A stretch of 64,000 nucleotides of DNA from Chiloscyllium plagiosum (Eukaryota), in NCBI RefSeq assembly GCF_004010195.1, contig NC_057718.1:37614007-37678006 (forward strand), read 5' to 3'. Both the position numbers and the translations under genes were made by a program. Shown here piece by piece: positions 1 to 12,959 of the stretch (within the stretch, counting starts at the first letter, position 1; every line of letters begins with the position of its first letter). The notes beneath the pieces were generated by a model. It did no database searches, was not told the DNA's origin, and worked only from the letters and a program-made list of their open reading frames with translations.

Positions 1-360
1 CGGGTTTCACCAGTTTCCTCATTTCCCCTCCCCCCACCTTGTCTCAGTCAAATCCATCGAATTCAGCACCGCCTTCCTAACCTGCAATCTTCTTCCCGAC
101 CTCTCCGCCCCCACCCCAGTCTGACCTATCACCCTCACCTTGACCTCTTTCCACCTATCACATTTCTGACGCCCCTCCCCCAAGTCCCTCCTCCCCATCT
201 TTTATCTTAGCCTGCTGGACCAACTTTCCTCATTCCTGAAGAAGGGCTAATGCCCGAAACGTCGATTCTCCTGTTCCCTAGATGCTGCCTGACCTGCTGC
301 GCTTTTCCAGCAACACATTTCCATCTCTGATCTCCAGCATCTGCAGACCTCACTTTCTCC
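1..360 (+). mobile_element. Penelope-like element 3' terminal region (family A), cut by the window start
   Basis: C-rich tract followed by the family A terminus (cattcctgaagaagggc...cctcactttctcc). The same terminus lies directly downstream of the GIY-YIG remnant at 38411-39461. Confidence 0.8.
236..263 (+). ncRNA. Minimal hammerhead-ribozyme-like core (PLE family A)
   Basis: CTGAAGA-A-GGGC(TAAT)GCCC-GAAAC-GTC: CUGANGA box, stem II, GAAA box and a GUC triplet. Stem I pairing is weak. Confidence 0.6.
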
Positions 361-1722
361 GACAGGAGTACAAGCCAACCTTGGAGAGCTAATGGGGGAG
401 GTTGGTGTGGTCAAATATGTCAAAGGCTGCAGACTGTTGGAGATCCATGCAAAAGGTATTCTGTGCCAGTTTAGCATCCAAGTGTAAAATGGAAGTCTAG
501 TTGTTATCTAAAGATCCCAGATGCTAAAGATGGTTCACTACAATGTGACATCATAAGACTCTTGGTATTAGGAAAACCCTTCACGAAAGCAAAACGTTCT
601 GTTTAAATGGTAGCTTTAACATAATGAAACATCCCACAGCATCTCAAAACATTACTAAACAAAATTTGTCACCTTGATATAGAAAGAGAAATAGGACAAA
701 TGACCAGATGCAAGGACTTATATCCTAAGGCAGGAAGAGCATTTGAGCTGTGAAGTGGTTCGGGGGGAGAATTTCAGAGACTGAGAAAGCTGAGGTCACC
801 ACCGCTAATGGTGGGGTGATTACAATTGGAGACATTCAAAAGGGAAAATAAAATGACAGACATCTTGGTGAGCTGTAAAGCTAAGGAGGCTAAAGGGATG
901 GGGATTGACAAGGTCCTGAAAAATTTGAAAACAACATTTCTCTTCTTCCTATGTCATTAGTCCCAACATGGACCATGCCGTCTAGCATTCTGCCTTCCCA
1001 TTCAGAATGCCCTGCAGCCATTCCATAACATCCTTGAGTCTGATGCGCATGAGGCAACATACTATCCTGGACTCACATCCATACCTGAAAAGATCCTGTC
1101 CACAGCCCTCACTGACCACCAAATCCTCAACCCTCTTGCCCTCCTGCACTTTGAGAGGCTCACATTGCATCAACTCCCCCCAAAGTTCTCTACAAAACAC
1201 AAGACACAACTATAATGCAATATCATCTTCAATTATCAGAAAAGGTGAAGTTGCAAGAAAACTTGAGGAAGTCAGCACCATCTAAAACAAATGGTGCTGA
1301 GAGAAACAAAATCTCTTCCTTGTCACTGACTTGAATTAGAGACCTCTTTTTTTTTATCCCTGGTTCTCTCCCACAAGGAGAAGTATCCTTTCAGTATCAA
1401 CTCTGTTAATTCCCCTCAGGATCTCAAGTGCTTCCAAAAGATCATCTATCATTCTTCTAAACCTTGTTAGATACAAAACCAACCCGTCCAAAAGCAAAGC
1501 TCTGTGAGATGATTCCCCATAGTGCAGCCCAGTGTGGCTAAGTGCTTAAGAAAGACTTTAATGTTTGAACTTGCCACTTCTTTCTTTTCTCTGCTTAAAA
1601 CTAAGTAGGTCTGCTTTGTGTAACCTTTAGCCTTATTTCGTATGTTTATGCTGTACTGTAATAACTGCAATGTTTAACTTTTAGCTTTGTTCTTTCTTTC
1701 TACCTTGTTCTTAAGATTCTGT

Positions 1723-1913
1723 GGAGAAAGTGAGGACTGCAAATGCTGGAGATCAGAGCTGAAAATGTGTTGCTGGAAAAGCGCTGCAAGCCAGGCAGCA
1801 TCCAAGGAGCAGGAGAATCGACCCCGAAGAAGGGCTCATGCCCGAAACGTCAATTCTCCTGCTCCTTGGATGCTTCCTGACCTGTTGCGTTTTTCCAGCA
1901 ACACATTTTCAGC
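1723..1913. mobile_element. PLE-terminus hairpin insertion (family A) with 14-bp TSD
   Basis: Inverted arms of the family A terminus; tcttaagattctgt at 1709-1722 and 1914-1927. Confidence 0.85.
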
Positions 1914-3014
1914 TCTTAAGATTCTGTACCTAGATACGTGTACCTAAGATGGCGGCTTGTGTGGCAACATTATACACTTTTCACTATACTCCTGTACTTT
2001 CGTACTTGAGGACACATGACAATAAAATCAAAATCAAAAATCAAAAAATCAAATCAAAAGATATCAGTCAAGTGGACATTCTCTGAATTGTTTCTAAAGC
2101 ATTTACTGCCTTTCTCAAAACAGAGTAAAACTGTGCACAGTACTCTAGGTGTAGCCTCATCAATAATCTGTAAAGTTGTCATAAATCAACCCTATTTTTA
2201 TATTCCATTCCGCTTACAATAAACGACAACATTTCATCTCTGTTCCAACTTACTTGCTGTACCTGCATTCTAACTTGTTTTGTGATTCAAAAGCAGATTT
2301 CCATTCCTTCATTGTCACCGAATCAAAATCATGGGAATTCCTTTCTAAATTTCACTGAATGGACTGCTACTGTTTATAAAATTGGTTCACTAGTGTTTTA
2401 TCAAAAGCAATTAGCAATAAGTTCTAACGTTGTCAGCCAAGTCCTTTGTCCCTAAATTAAATGAGTTTTACTCCCAAATAAATGAATAGGTTGGGGTCAA
2501 GTGAAAAAATGTAAAACATCTTAAACCCAAAACTAACCTGTCTTGAACTGACTCACTTCTTTTTTAAAAGAATCAAGTTGGGGACAGGCAGCCAATGTAC
2601 TCTTAGCTGGCAGGTTAATTGTTTCAATAGTTTAATAAACTGCACACATCAGATTGTGTTTTTGTTTGTTTCACCTTTGGCATTGGTTGGCTCCTGGAAT
2701 GCCAATAGCTAAAGGGAGGGGAGGATTGCAGCACAGAACAGGCAATCTCTTTTGGACACAGTTTGCAAGTCAGGAGGAGTAGGAATGCTCCCCCGTCAAC
2801 CTTTTAATCAAATCAGCAAAACGTCCTCGGGGGTGAAAAATCCACTGGTAAACAGTAACACCCCACATGCCCCCACACATCACTGAACCCTAACACGAAC
2901 ACTGAACACCCCCTTAAACATCAAGAGCCACCTTGCCATCACTAACTCCCTCTTGCACTGAAAGACTTGAAAATCAATTAGCCCCTCCAGGCTATTCCGT
3001 TAATCAGTGAGATT

Positions 3015-3820
3015 CAAACATAAGAATTAGGAGTAGGCAATTCAGCTCCTTGAGTCTACTCCACCATTTGTTATGATCATGGGTGACCTAATCTCAGCCT
3101 CATTTTCCTGCCCATTCCCCATAACCCTTCAACCCATTACTAGCTAAAAATCTATCTATCCCCTTCTTAAATTTACTTAATGTCCCAGCCTCCACCACTA
3201 TCTGGGACAATGAATTCCACAGAATCACCGATTCTTTAAGAGAAGTAATTTCTCCTCTTTAAGTCTGTTATCCACCTTGTCCTAGAATTATGATCACTAG
3301 TTCTAGATTGTCCCCGACCTCAATTTTAACTCCTCCCATTCTTCTAAATTCCAGAGACTATAGACTTAAACTGCTAAATCTCTCTTCATAAAACAATCTT
3401 CTCCTCTCGAGAATTAATCTAGAGAATCTGCTTTGAACTGCCTCCAGTGTAACTAAATTCCCCCTCAAATAAGGGGACCAAAACTATGCAATATTCCAAG
3501 CTTAGTCTCAATAATGCTTTGTACATTACAGCAACACTTCCCTACTTTTATACACTATTCCTTTAGCAATAAATGCCAAAATTCAATTTGCCTTCTGTAA
3601 TACCTGCTTGTAACTACATATCAGTTTTCTGTGATTCGTGCACATGAACACCCATATCCCTCTGCACTAAAGCACTCAGGTGTTTCTCTCCATTTAGATA
3701 ATAAGTTGCCTTTCTATATCTCTGACCAAAATGGATAACATCACACTTATCCACATTAGACGTCATCTGCTAAATTTTGGCTCCTTCATCTAACCTATCC
3801 ATGTCTGTTTGGAAATTTCT
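3015..3820 (-). mobile_element. Decayed CR1 LINE 3' fragment
   Basis: CR1-type 3' UTR (aggagtaggcaattcagc...atgatcatgg) resembling the 39670 tail, followed by decayed ORF2 C-terminal sequence. Confidence 0.7.
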
Positions 3821-3847
3821 TTATGGCTGATTAATTAATTCTATGTA

Positions 3848-3947
3848 AGTGAAAGTGGGGACTGCAGATTCTGGAGATTAGAGTCAAGATTTTCCTACTC
3901 CGCGGATGCTGCCTGACCTGCCATGCTTTTCCAGTACTACTCTAATC
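3848..3947. mobile_element. Short PLE-terminus hairpin insertion with 14-bp TSD
   Basis: Inverted terminus fragments; ttaattaattctat at 3831-3844 and 3948-3961. Confidence 0.75.
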
Positions 3948-6799
3948 TTAATTAATTCTATATACCAATGTTTCCCCTGTATCAGTTAATATCTTTGATA
4001 AGCTAAAAGATATTCTCAAATTTTAAATTGATAATTGATCTACCATCAATTACCGTTTGTTAAATAGAGTTTCAGGCTTTGAATACTCTTTGTGAATCAC
4101 CAACTTCCCTCAGAACTGACCAAGTCCTCAATCCCCCAACATTCTTTCTGATGTCTCCTCAACACCTCCATCTCCCACTACAATTTCTACCAGATCCTCT
4201 CCAATTTCATCCCCAAGCCTCAGGTTTGTTCAGATCTCTTTGCAATCCCTTTACAATTATCCTTAACACTCCCAACCAAGCTGTACCCACTGTTGTTCTT
4301 TTGTCATCTCTGATGCTGAGCAGCAAGAAACCTAGGTGTGCCTGGGCTGTAACCACTGCTGCAGTGTTCCCTGTCCAAAAGAATCTGTCAACCAGGCTGG
4401 CTTCTGACCATACACATGCACATTAGGTCGTTAAAATTCCACAGTCTAACCAGAATTCCTCCATGTACTAACTGACACCTTCGCTACTCTCACTGCTGGC
4501 TTGGAAATCCTACCCTAGTACATATGAGAAACCCACCATGGAAATCAGGTCCAGTCACTCATCAGAGCCTGAGGGAAACCTACCCTTCCAAGTTACTCAG
4601 CAGAAATTGACCCGCCCACCTTTCCTTCCCACTGCCCTGTTAATGCCAGGGCCATGGGTTCAGTCAGTGAAAATAAACCAACAATGTTGTGTTTTACATT
4701 CTCGTACTTTCTTTCTGTCACATTCAGTTTATAAATTGATTTCCTTCACATTTTGGCCACCTTCATAAAAAATTAAACTCACTTGAGTCCCCACAGAATT
4801 TCAAGTGACATGGATAAAAAATGTCACAGATCAGAATATGCATTTTTCAACAAATCATCACAGCTGACACATCAATAGCTGAGATTAAAGGATTGACTAA
4901 AAATGTTAACGTTTCGGATACTCCAGCTTTTGACTTGTTAAAATATTTCTCAGTTTAATTTTTGCTTCACCAGAGGCTGCTTCATTGATGCCGAAAGGGT
5001 ATTCACTCATCTGCACATTTATGGGAGGTTACACAGGCTGTGACTTTTGAATGAATTCCACCTTTGAGAATTTTTATCAAAGCACGTATACTGAACGCAG
5101 GGAAAACACTTGCTTGACAGCCAGGAATGACCTCACAAGGCAGCTAGACAAACACAGTATCTAATGCAGCTCAGTACACTATCGGGACCCTTCTCAAAGT
5201 TACAGTATTAAGAAAACTCATTTCCTGGAGAAACCAAACAATACAACCCTGCTGAGACCCTACTTGCTATGTGAAATAGAGACTTAAAATGTTGTTTGGA
5301 ATGCAGTCGTAATTATATTATAAATTATTCCCATGCTCAATTTAAGCAGAGTAGAATTGGTCAGTTTGAACATGACATTGGAGGAAGATTGTCCTTTCAG
5401 ATGTGATGTACTTGAAGATATTTTAAGAAAGTCTAATAGAGAAGAAGTTAACAGTCTATAGAATTAATAGCAGGTGCCAACTTAAAGTACTAAAGCCTGG
5501 ATCTAAAAAAACAATATTTCTCATTGATGATTTCTTTTTCAAGAAGTAAGAAGTAATAAAAATATTGTTCAATTTCCATGAGTGGAATTTTTCAGGCATG
5601 GCAGAAGGATTTAGAAGGGTGGGCAGGGGAACATCATTGGGCAGAGGCAAAATTTCTGTTTGCTGACTATGAGTTAAACTTTTAGTCTGAACCTTTCAGA
5701 TAGGTCAGTACTGCCAGCCTTCATGGTCAGGAAACTCTTTGGCATTAAATAGAACGTTATGAGTATCCATTAACACTCAGCTAATTGGAATTACATTTTA
5801 AAGGGACAGAATGTGGAAAACAAGTGTATTCACAAGCATGACTATGTATTCAAGGCAGATACCTGGAGGCGTAGACTGCTTCCTCCAAGCGCTGATGAGT
5901 AAACCATTAATTTATTATTTCTTCAAAAACAAGCTGTTTCATTGTGCAGATGCTTCTAGTGTTAGGGTTGAAGGATTGTTATGCTCAACAGCTCAACAGC
6001 ACACTGCAAGGCCGTCAGGCTTCTTTCACTTGGATTAATAAATTATAAACTGATCGGGCCAACTAGTCTGCCCAATGTCTCATTACAACACATCCTACCA
6101 AGGACAGCAAGAGTGTTGCAACTTGAAAGGGAATCTTTTCTTAAATGGAGCATTAATCTAAACTAAATAGGAATTTAATTTTAAAAAAACTTCACAGAAA
6201 TGCAGATTGGGTGGAAAGGAGAAGAAGGGAAGGTAACTCAGAGGACATAGTTGCAGGAGGCAGGTGTAGAATTCTGGTGAATGGAGGGAAAGAGTCAAAG
6301 TTTTAAGTAAAACTGGGACAATGAGAACAACAATGTGCGGGAGCTAGTTTTCAAAGGTGCTTTCACAGAAAAGGGTTTTATAATGTACTGGGGTTAAAGA
6401 AGGAACATTGGAACTGAGTAATGGGGTGTAAGAGTAAGGCTGGGCCATCGGGATCTTGATGGGAAAAGGATCAGGGAAGAGCAGGAATGTCGAGGGCTCT
6501 AATAAAAGGGCTGACATTGAATTAGGACAGACGGAGGCATTGAATTAGGACAGAGGGAGGAAAATGGATATGGTGAATGCATCAACAATACAGAGTGGGA
6601 AATTGTACTCCACAAGGGGATCCCAGAGGGGGAAATAACCAAACCTAAAGTGTACCACAATCCACTAGCTTCCCAAAACTCAAATTCCAAAAGAGGAATT
6701 CTGAGATTGCATGGTTCAAAAGGAGGAGTCCCAAAGCCTGTTTTCACAATTCCTACTTCCTCCTCTTATCTGTTTTCTCGCCTCCTCCTGAACCTTCTG

Positions 6800-7055
6800 T
6801 ATTCCTGGTGGATGGGAACACCACCACCTCCAAGTTTCCCTCCAAACCACATGCCATCCTAACTTGAATCTATTTTGCTGCTCTTTCATTGTCACTGGGT
6901 CACAATTCTGGAAACCCCATGGGCACTGTGTGTGTCCTTACACCTCAAGAACTGCATCCGTTCAAAAAAGTAGCTCACCACCACCTGCTCCAGGGCAGTT
7001 AGGATGCTTATATAGCCAATGATGCCCACATCTGACGAACAACATGAAAGAAAAA
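6800..7055 (+). mobile_element. LINE 3' tail fragment (CR1/L2 group), same family as 15240-15520
   Basis: gggaacaccaccacct...ttcaa...agctcaccaccacct...gggcagttagg...gatgcccacatc, closely matching 15240-15520. Confidence 0.6.
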
Positions 7056-7169
7056 GTAAATGGCTTCATGCTTTATTGTTAACTTTCATATGCACAGACC
7101 TGTGAATGATCCTGCAATGATACTGTGAAGCCTGGATTGTTCAGATCTTAATGCATAAAGATATGGACT

Positions 7170-7360
7170 GCTTTGGTATCACTATGTGATCACCATCAAA
7201 TATCCCGCTTCTGACCTTATGATGGATGGAAGGTCATTGAAGAAGCAGCTGAAGATGATTGGGCCTGGGACCCTGCCCTGAGGAACTCCTGCAAAGATGT
7301 CCTGGAGCTGAGATGACTGACCTCCAAAAAGCACAACCATTGTCCTTGAGTTAGGCCTGA
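7170..7360 (-). mobile_element. LINE reverse-transcriptase fragment (CR1/L2 group)
   Basis: Translation GGQSSQLQDIFAGVPQGRVPGPIIFSCFFNDLPSIIRS matches the GVPQGSVLGP...FINDL motif. Confidence 0.75.
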
Positions 7361-8211
7361 TTCCAAGTTGCCTGATCTTGTTTGATCCAATGTGAAAGGG
7401 CTGCATGTCATTGGTAAATGAAGGTTGAATAGATTCACATTGTGCTCTTGGCCACAGGGCAGCATCAAGAAAGGGGAGAAATAGTCATTGGATATGGAGG
7501 TTGCACCTCCTCGTGTACATATGTCATTTTTCAACCACATCTATTGTACACAGATACACTTCAGCTCAATTTGAGAAGAGAAAAGTTATCACCTTCTAGG
7601 CTTCTCATCATATGGGTCCAGATGGTTTGCCATCAGTATTAATACTTACACCTGATTCCGTCCAATGCAGTTTAGAATCAATACTGCAGCATGAGGTCAC
7701 TCTGAAATGGTAGCACATTTTGAGATACGAAAAGAGAGATCAAATTTTTCCAGCCTGGCTGCAATGGGAATGGAGGCCAGGGACCCAGGGAAGTAGTGAC
7801 CACCAGTGCATCGAGGCACCCACCCTGCAACAGAAGCCATTTGGATCTTCTGGTGATGTTGCTTAGGCTTCAGAGCTGCCAGGCTTGTGATCAATCAGGT
7901 CTGAAGCAGGGGAGTGACTGAGGAGACAACAGTCTTGCTTCTGGAAAATGTGGACTATGGATCTCCATTTGTTCTCAAGGGCAAAGGGAAAGCCCTGACT
8001 GAGCTCATGTGTTGGAAAATTAAACCAGAACATTCTAGAACTGCATAGGTCAGTAGCACCTTCAAGTAAGACCTCACTTCAGAATTAGGTGCTAAATGGG
8101 GGATTAGAGTCTATTGATCTACCTTTCTTCATCAGATGCTGACTAATGTCACATGTCTTCAAACATTCTTAACACATCCAATGAAGCATTATTAGCTACT
8201 ACAATTACTAT

Positions 8212-8558
8212 CATAGAATCCCTACAATGTGGAAGCAGGCCTTTTGGCCCAACAAGTCCACACTGACCCTCCAAAGAGTAACCCACTCAGACCCATTTCT
8301 CTAACCTATTACTTAACATTTACCCCTGACTAATACACTTAACACACACATCCCTGAACACTCTGGGCAATTTAGCATGGCCAATTTGCCTAACCTGCAC
8401 ATCTTTGGACTGTGGGATGAAACCAGAGCACCCAAATGAAACCTATGCAAACATGGGGAGATTGTACAAACTCCACAGACATTTGCCCAAGGCTGGAATT
8501 GAACCCAGTTCCCTGGTGCTGTGAGGCAGCAGTGCTAACCACTGAGCTATCGTGCCAC
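8212..8558 (-). mobile_element. HE1-type V-SINE (tRNA head, CR1/HER1-like tail)
   Basis: The reverse complement gives the head gtggcacgatagctcagtggttagcactgctgcctcacagc, a V-domain, and a tail ending cctgcttccacattgtagggattctatg. Homologous to 50968-51267. Confidence 0.85.
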
Positions 8559-8619
8559 TCTGATGTGCAGTTTATTGCAAAAGACAATCTAAAGCAATAT
8601 CACTGGATATGTAGACAGT

Positions 8620-9045
8620 AAGGACTGTAGGTACTGGAAACCAAAGTCAACAGAAGTGAAGCTGGAAAAGCACAGCACGTCAGTCAGCATCCGGGGAGCA
8701 GGAAAGTCAACATTTCAGGCTGAAACCCTTCATCAGGACTAGGGAAAGGGAGGGAGTACAGAGGTAAATAAAGGGAGAGGGGTGGAGCTAGGGGAAGGGT
8801 AGGTGGGATGGCGATAGATGGATGTAGGTAGGGTGTTATTGTGATAGATCAGTGAGAAGGATGGAGTGGATAGGTGAGTAGGAAGATGGTTAGGTCAGTT
8901 CAGGGAGGTGAGGAGGAGAAGGCGCTGGACATGGGATAAGGCTGGGGGTGGAGGGATTTTGAAGATGGTGAAGTCAATTTTGAGGCCATTGGGCTGCAAG
9001 CTCCGCAGGCAAAATATCAGGTGGTGTTCCTCCAGTTTAAGTTCC
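8620..9045 (-). mobile_element. PLE family A 3' fragment
   Basis: Reverse complement of the terminus plus the G-rich tract and ORF end seen at 39060-39461. Confidence 0.7.
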
Positions 9046-10519
9046 CCAGGCAAACATAGACTTTATAAAAGAGCAACATAGTTCTGCACACTCACACACA
9101 AATAAAACCTTCTCAATGGATTTGCTGGAGATTTAGCCTTACGTAAGGAATGTATGGGCATCTTGAACACAACTTGAAGCATGAAAGGAGGTCCCAGTTA
9201 TTGCATCCTGCACAGCTTCAGAAGCAGAAGGTAGCTCACAGGTGACAGAGAGTTATGCTGATCTTTATCCTGAACCACATGTTCTTGTATGTTGGAAAAA
9301 TGTCTGGAATCTGCCATTATAAGAGGAATATTTCTGTTTTGTTTTTAAATAAACCTTTTGACTCAACATACCATAGCAAATTCTTCAATTCTCAGCTCGT
9401 GGTTAACTTTACAGGTCTGTAATACATGTGTCTGGTCACTGGGAAATGGAACTGCACACTTTTCTACACATGGTAGGCTCATAAACCTCCAGCTTCCAGC
9501 CTCCATAAGACACCAGCAATATTGAAAAAAGGGAAGAGTATAATTCACTATTAAGGCTCCCAGAAACAGCGCTTCAACTCCAATGAATTACCAGGAAATG
9601 TAGCAACTGCTATTATGGTGGCAAATCCATAATTCATTTCAATAGTTCACAAAATAAATCATGGTTTATTTTTAACGGTTGGAGGAGGAGTGATGGGCAG
9701 GAGAGTGAGAGAGTTCCTCACTCTTGTTCCTTCCCTCCAGTGTGATTAACTGTCTAACATCTCATCTAAACCATTGAAATGGGCAAATTGGGCAGTTCTA
9801 ATAATACTGGTAATTAAGTTCTCCCTCACAGCATAGAATTGTCATTCGAGGTTATGTGGCCAGATCCTGGAGTTTGAAGCCACAACAATTATCTGAGTGA
9901 GAATGGAGTGCTAAACTGAAATGATGAAATTCCTCAGGAAGATTTGATGAAATAATTTTAATCCCACAAGGCCAGTCAAAGTGGACAGGTGGGCAGTTAA
10001 AATGATTTGGCTTCTATATCTACTCAGATCCCAATTATTTCCAATTATTATAGTATAAATCTACAGGGTTTTAGAGACAAATAGAGTATCTGCCTAAAGC
10101 AGACAATAACTTATTAACCTATACAAATCAAGCTCCTATTTTTCCCTGTAATTTAATCCAAGGCCTAAAATATCAGTTTTTTAAAAAAATTTTAATAGGT
10201 AGAATGAGATCTCAAATTAAAGGGACCCCTCTGATAAATTTATGACTGTCCTTTTCCAAGAAGAATGTTTTGTCTCCCCACTCTCTCCTGCTTCCCTATC
10301 ACAATCTCAAACACAGCCCTTATTTTGGAGTCAGCAACAAAGTATGAACACAAGGAAGCCACAGGCCTTTCAATCCTGCTCCGCCGTTGATTGTCTGCCA
10401 CCAATCACATTATTCTACGTTCCTGTTGAAGATTGGAATTGGGCCAGCATCATCTATATGAGCAGACAGAATTACCATGGCATCCTGCTGCCCTTGCTAA
10501 ACATGAAATTACCTCACCT

Positions 10520-11340
10520 GAAGGGTTGAAAGACAAACCAGAGAAATTGCCAGAGGAACTCAGCAGATCTGGCAGCATCTGTGGAGGAAAGGCAAGTGAA
10601 TGTTTCAGGTCCAATGACTCTTCTGCAGAACTGATGGTAGGTAGGAAAAGGTGGCATATGCATTGAAGACAGCAGGGAAGAGGATAAATAAATGAGCAAT
10701 AGGTGGAGACAGAGCCCAGAGAGACAGAAAGACAATTAGGCAGACAAAAGGGTGGATAATGCTAAGCCAGGGAGAAAGAAGATCAGCTAATGGTGACCAT
10801 AAGTGGGTGAAAAATGGGATGGGTTGTGATGAAGCAGAAAGTGAGGACTGCAAATGCTGGAGATCAGAGTCAAGAGTGTGTTGCTGGAAAAGCACAGCAG
10901 GTCAGGCAGCATCTGAGGAGCAGGAGAAACGATGCTTAGAGCATAAGCTCGATTCTCCTGCTCCTCAGATGCTGCCTGACCGGCTGCGCTTTTCCAGCAC
11001 CACACTCTTGACTCTGGGTTGTGATGAACGCAGCCCATGTGATGACAGGGCCTATGGTGTAGGGATAGGATAAAAGACATGGAAAAAGGTGCTTATGCTC
11101 TAAAATTATTATCTCCATATTGAGTCATGAAGGCTGCAGTATCTCCAGGTGAAAAATGAAATGTTGTTCTTCCAGATTATACTGAGCTTCACTGGAGGAC
11201 TGCAGCAAACACGAGACAAAGACATTGGACAGGCAATACCGTGGCGTGTTGAAAGTGGCAGACAAGGGGAGGTTCGGGGTCATTTTTGCACTCAATATGT
11301 GATGTTACATGAAAGAGTCACCCAGTCGCCCAGTCACCCA
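10520..11340 (-). mobile_element. PLE family B 3' fragment, interrupted by a family A hairpin
   Basis: Reverse complement resembles 30930-31560 (GIY-YIG end, 3' UTR and terminus). Confidence 0.65.
10834..11014. mobile_element. PLE-terminus hairpin insertion with 14-bp TSD
   Basis: tgggttgtgatgaa at 10820-10833 and 11015-11028; inverted arms. Confidence 0.85.
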
Positions 11341-12959
11341 CTTGAAAGGTTTCCTGCCAGATGTCCTCTCCAAGTTAAAATCTAACTCACTCTAGAATAG
11401 TATATTTTCAACAGAATCATTCTTCGTCTTCTAATTAACACAAAATTCATATACGCATGACATAAATGAACAACACAATTACTTGCAAGAAAAATTACTC
11501 AGAATTGCTAATTTATAAAAATTCACTAGATTAACTATCCATGAAGGTGATTCAATTAAAAACAAGTTTACTTTGAGATGGGACACAAAATTTGTATGAT
11601 ACGGTATGACCAATTTCAACATTGAATTAAGAAGAATTATATATGTCTATTGCACTGGGGTTCAGCTTTATGGTGAGTGAATGACATGTCACATTTGTGT
11701 GATAAAAAGAGACCTAATACACATCATGTTTCCTTGACTGTTATTTTTATGACATCTGTTATTGCCTGTTATGCTCAGATAGCACAGTTACCTTATTAAT
11801 AAAATGTGATCAAGGCCAAGACAATGAAGGCAATACTGGCTTAGAGCTCAAGACTAAGATTTATGGTCAGAAAATGATTATCACAGACTTAAAAGAGTAT
11901 GATATAATGACAGCAGCAGCTATAAAGTATTAGGTGTGTATGATTTTTCCATAACATCAGTGAAGTGGTAAATTTTAGCTGGCACATGCTGTAATAAAAT
12001 CCTTCACGCAGCATACCCAGTGGGATTAGATTTGATTAGCTAGGGAAGTAGAGAGCTCTTCTGGAATGGAAGGCCAATAATGTAAAATGAGGCAGAAATG
12101 TAAAAAGATATTTCCTCGTCTCTGTTGTTAAAAAGAGTCAGAATAAAATCATGCATTCAGATCTTTCTGAGAAATACAGAAAATGCTTAAGAATAAGAAG
12201 TGGACTACAGAAATGTGTTCACGTGGCTTGTGTGACACAAATATGACAAAGAAAGGCAGAAAAAATCGGAAAAAAGTTGCTTCTCTACCCATCATAAATA
12301 ATTTGGCAGAGCAGAGAACTCACTGTTATGGGTTTAATCCATTAATTTCCATAAATACCAAGCACAATCCACATCGCCAGATTATCCTAATGTCTGAAAA
12401 ACAAAGACTGTTTCACCTTGGATTAATCTTCCCATATCTCAGTAAGGTATTATTTTCGTCAAGTTTCATGGAGGGTTTCTCTCCATAAGTCTGAGCGAAC
12501 GTTCTCACGTTATGGGCCCAAACTTACTTAATTTACATTATTAAAAGCAGAAAGTTCTGGAGAAACACAGCAGGTCTAGCAGCACCTGTAGAAGGAAATC
12601 AGAGCTAATAAGCTCAATGTGATTGCTTCAGGATAGTTCCGAACACTTCTCCCAACAAATAGGTAAGGCATGGCTGACACTAACTTGCACATACTCACCA
12701 GTGTTCAATCATATCCTTTTTTACAAGCCTCTCTAAGTCATTACTACACTTTCTTGAATGCCCACTATTGCCGAACATTTTATCAATGATGCCTGTGCAG
12801 TCAACGTGTGCAGGAAAGTTTTAAACACTTCAAACGATTCATTTTTATTTACAATCACCAAAGCAAGCAGAAATCAAATATACAGAAGTTGCATTTGCTT
12901 CTCAGAACAGAAAACAACTGCCTACATATTGAACAGTCACTGCATTCAGCACTCATCTA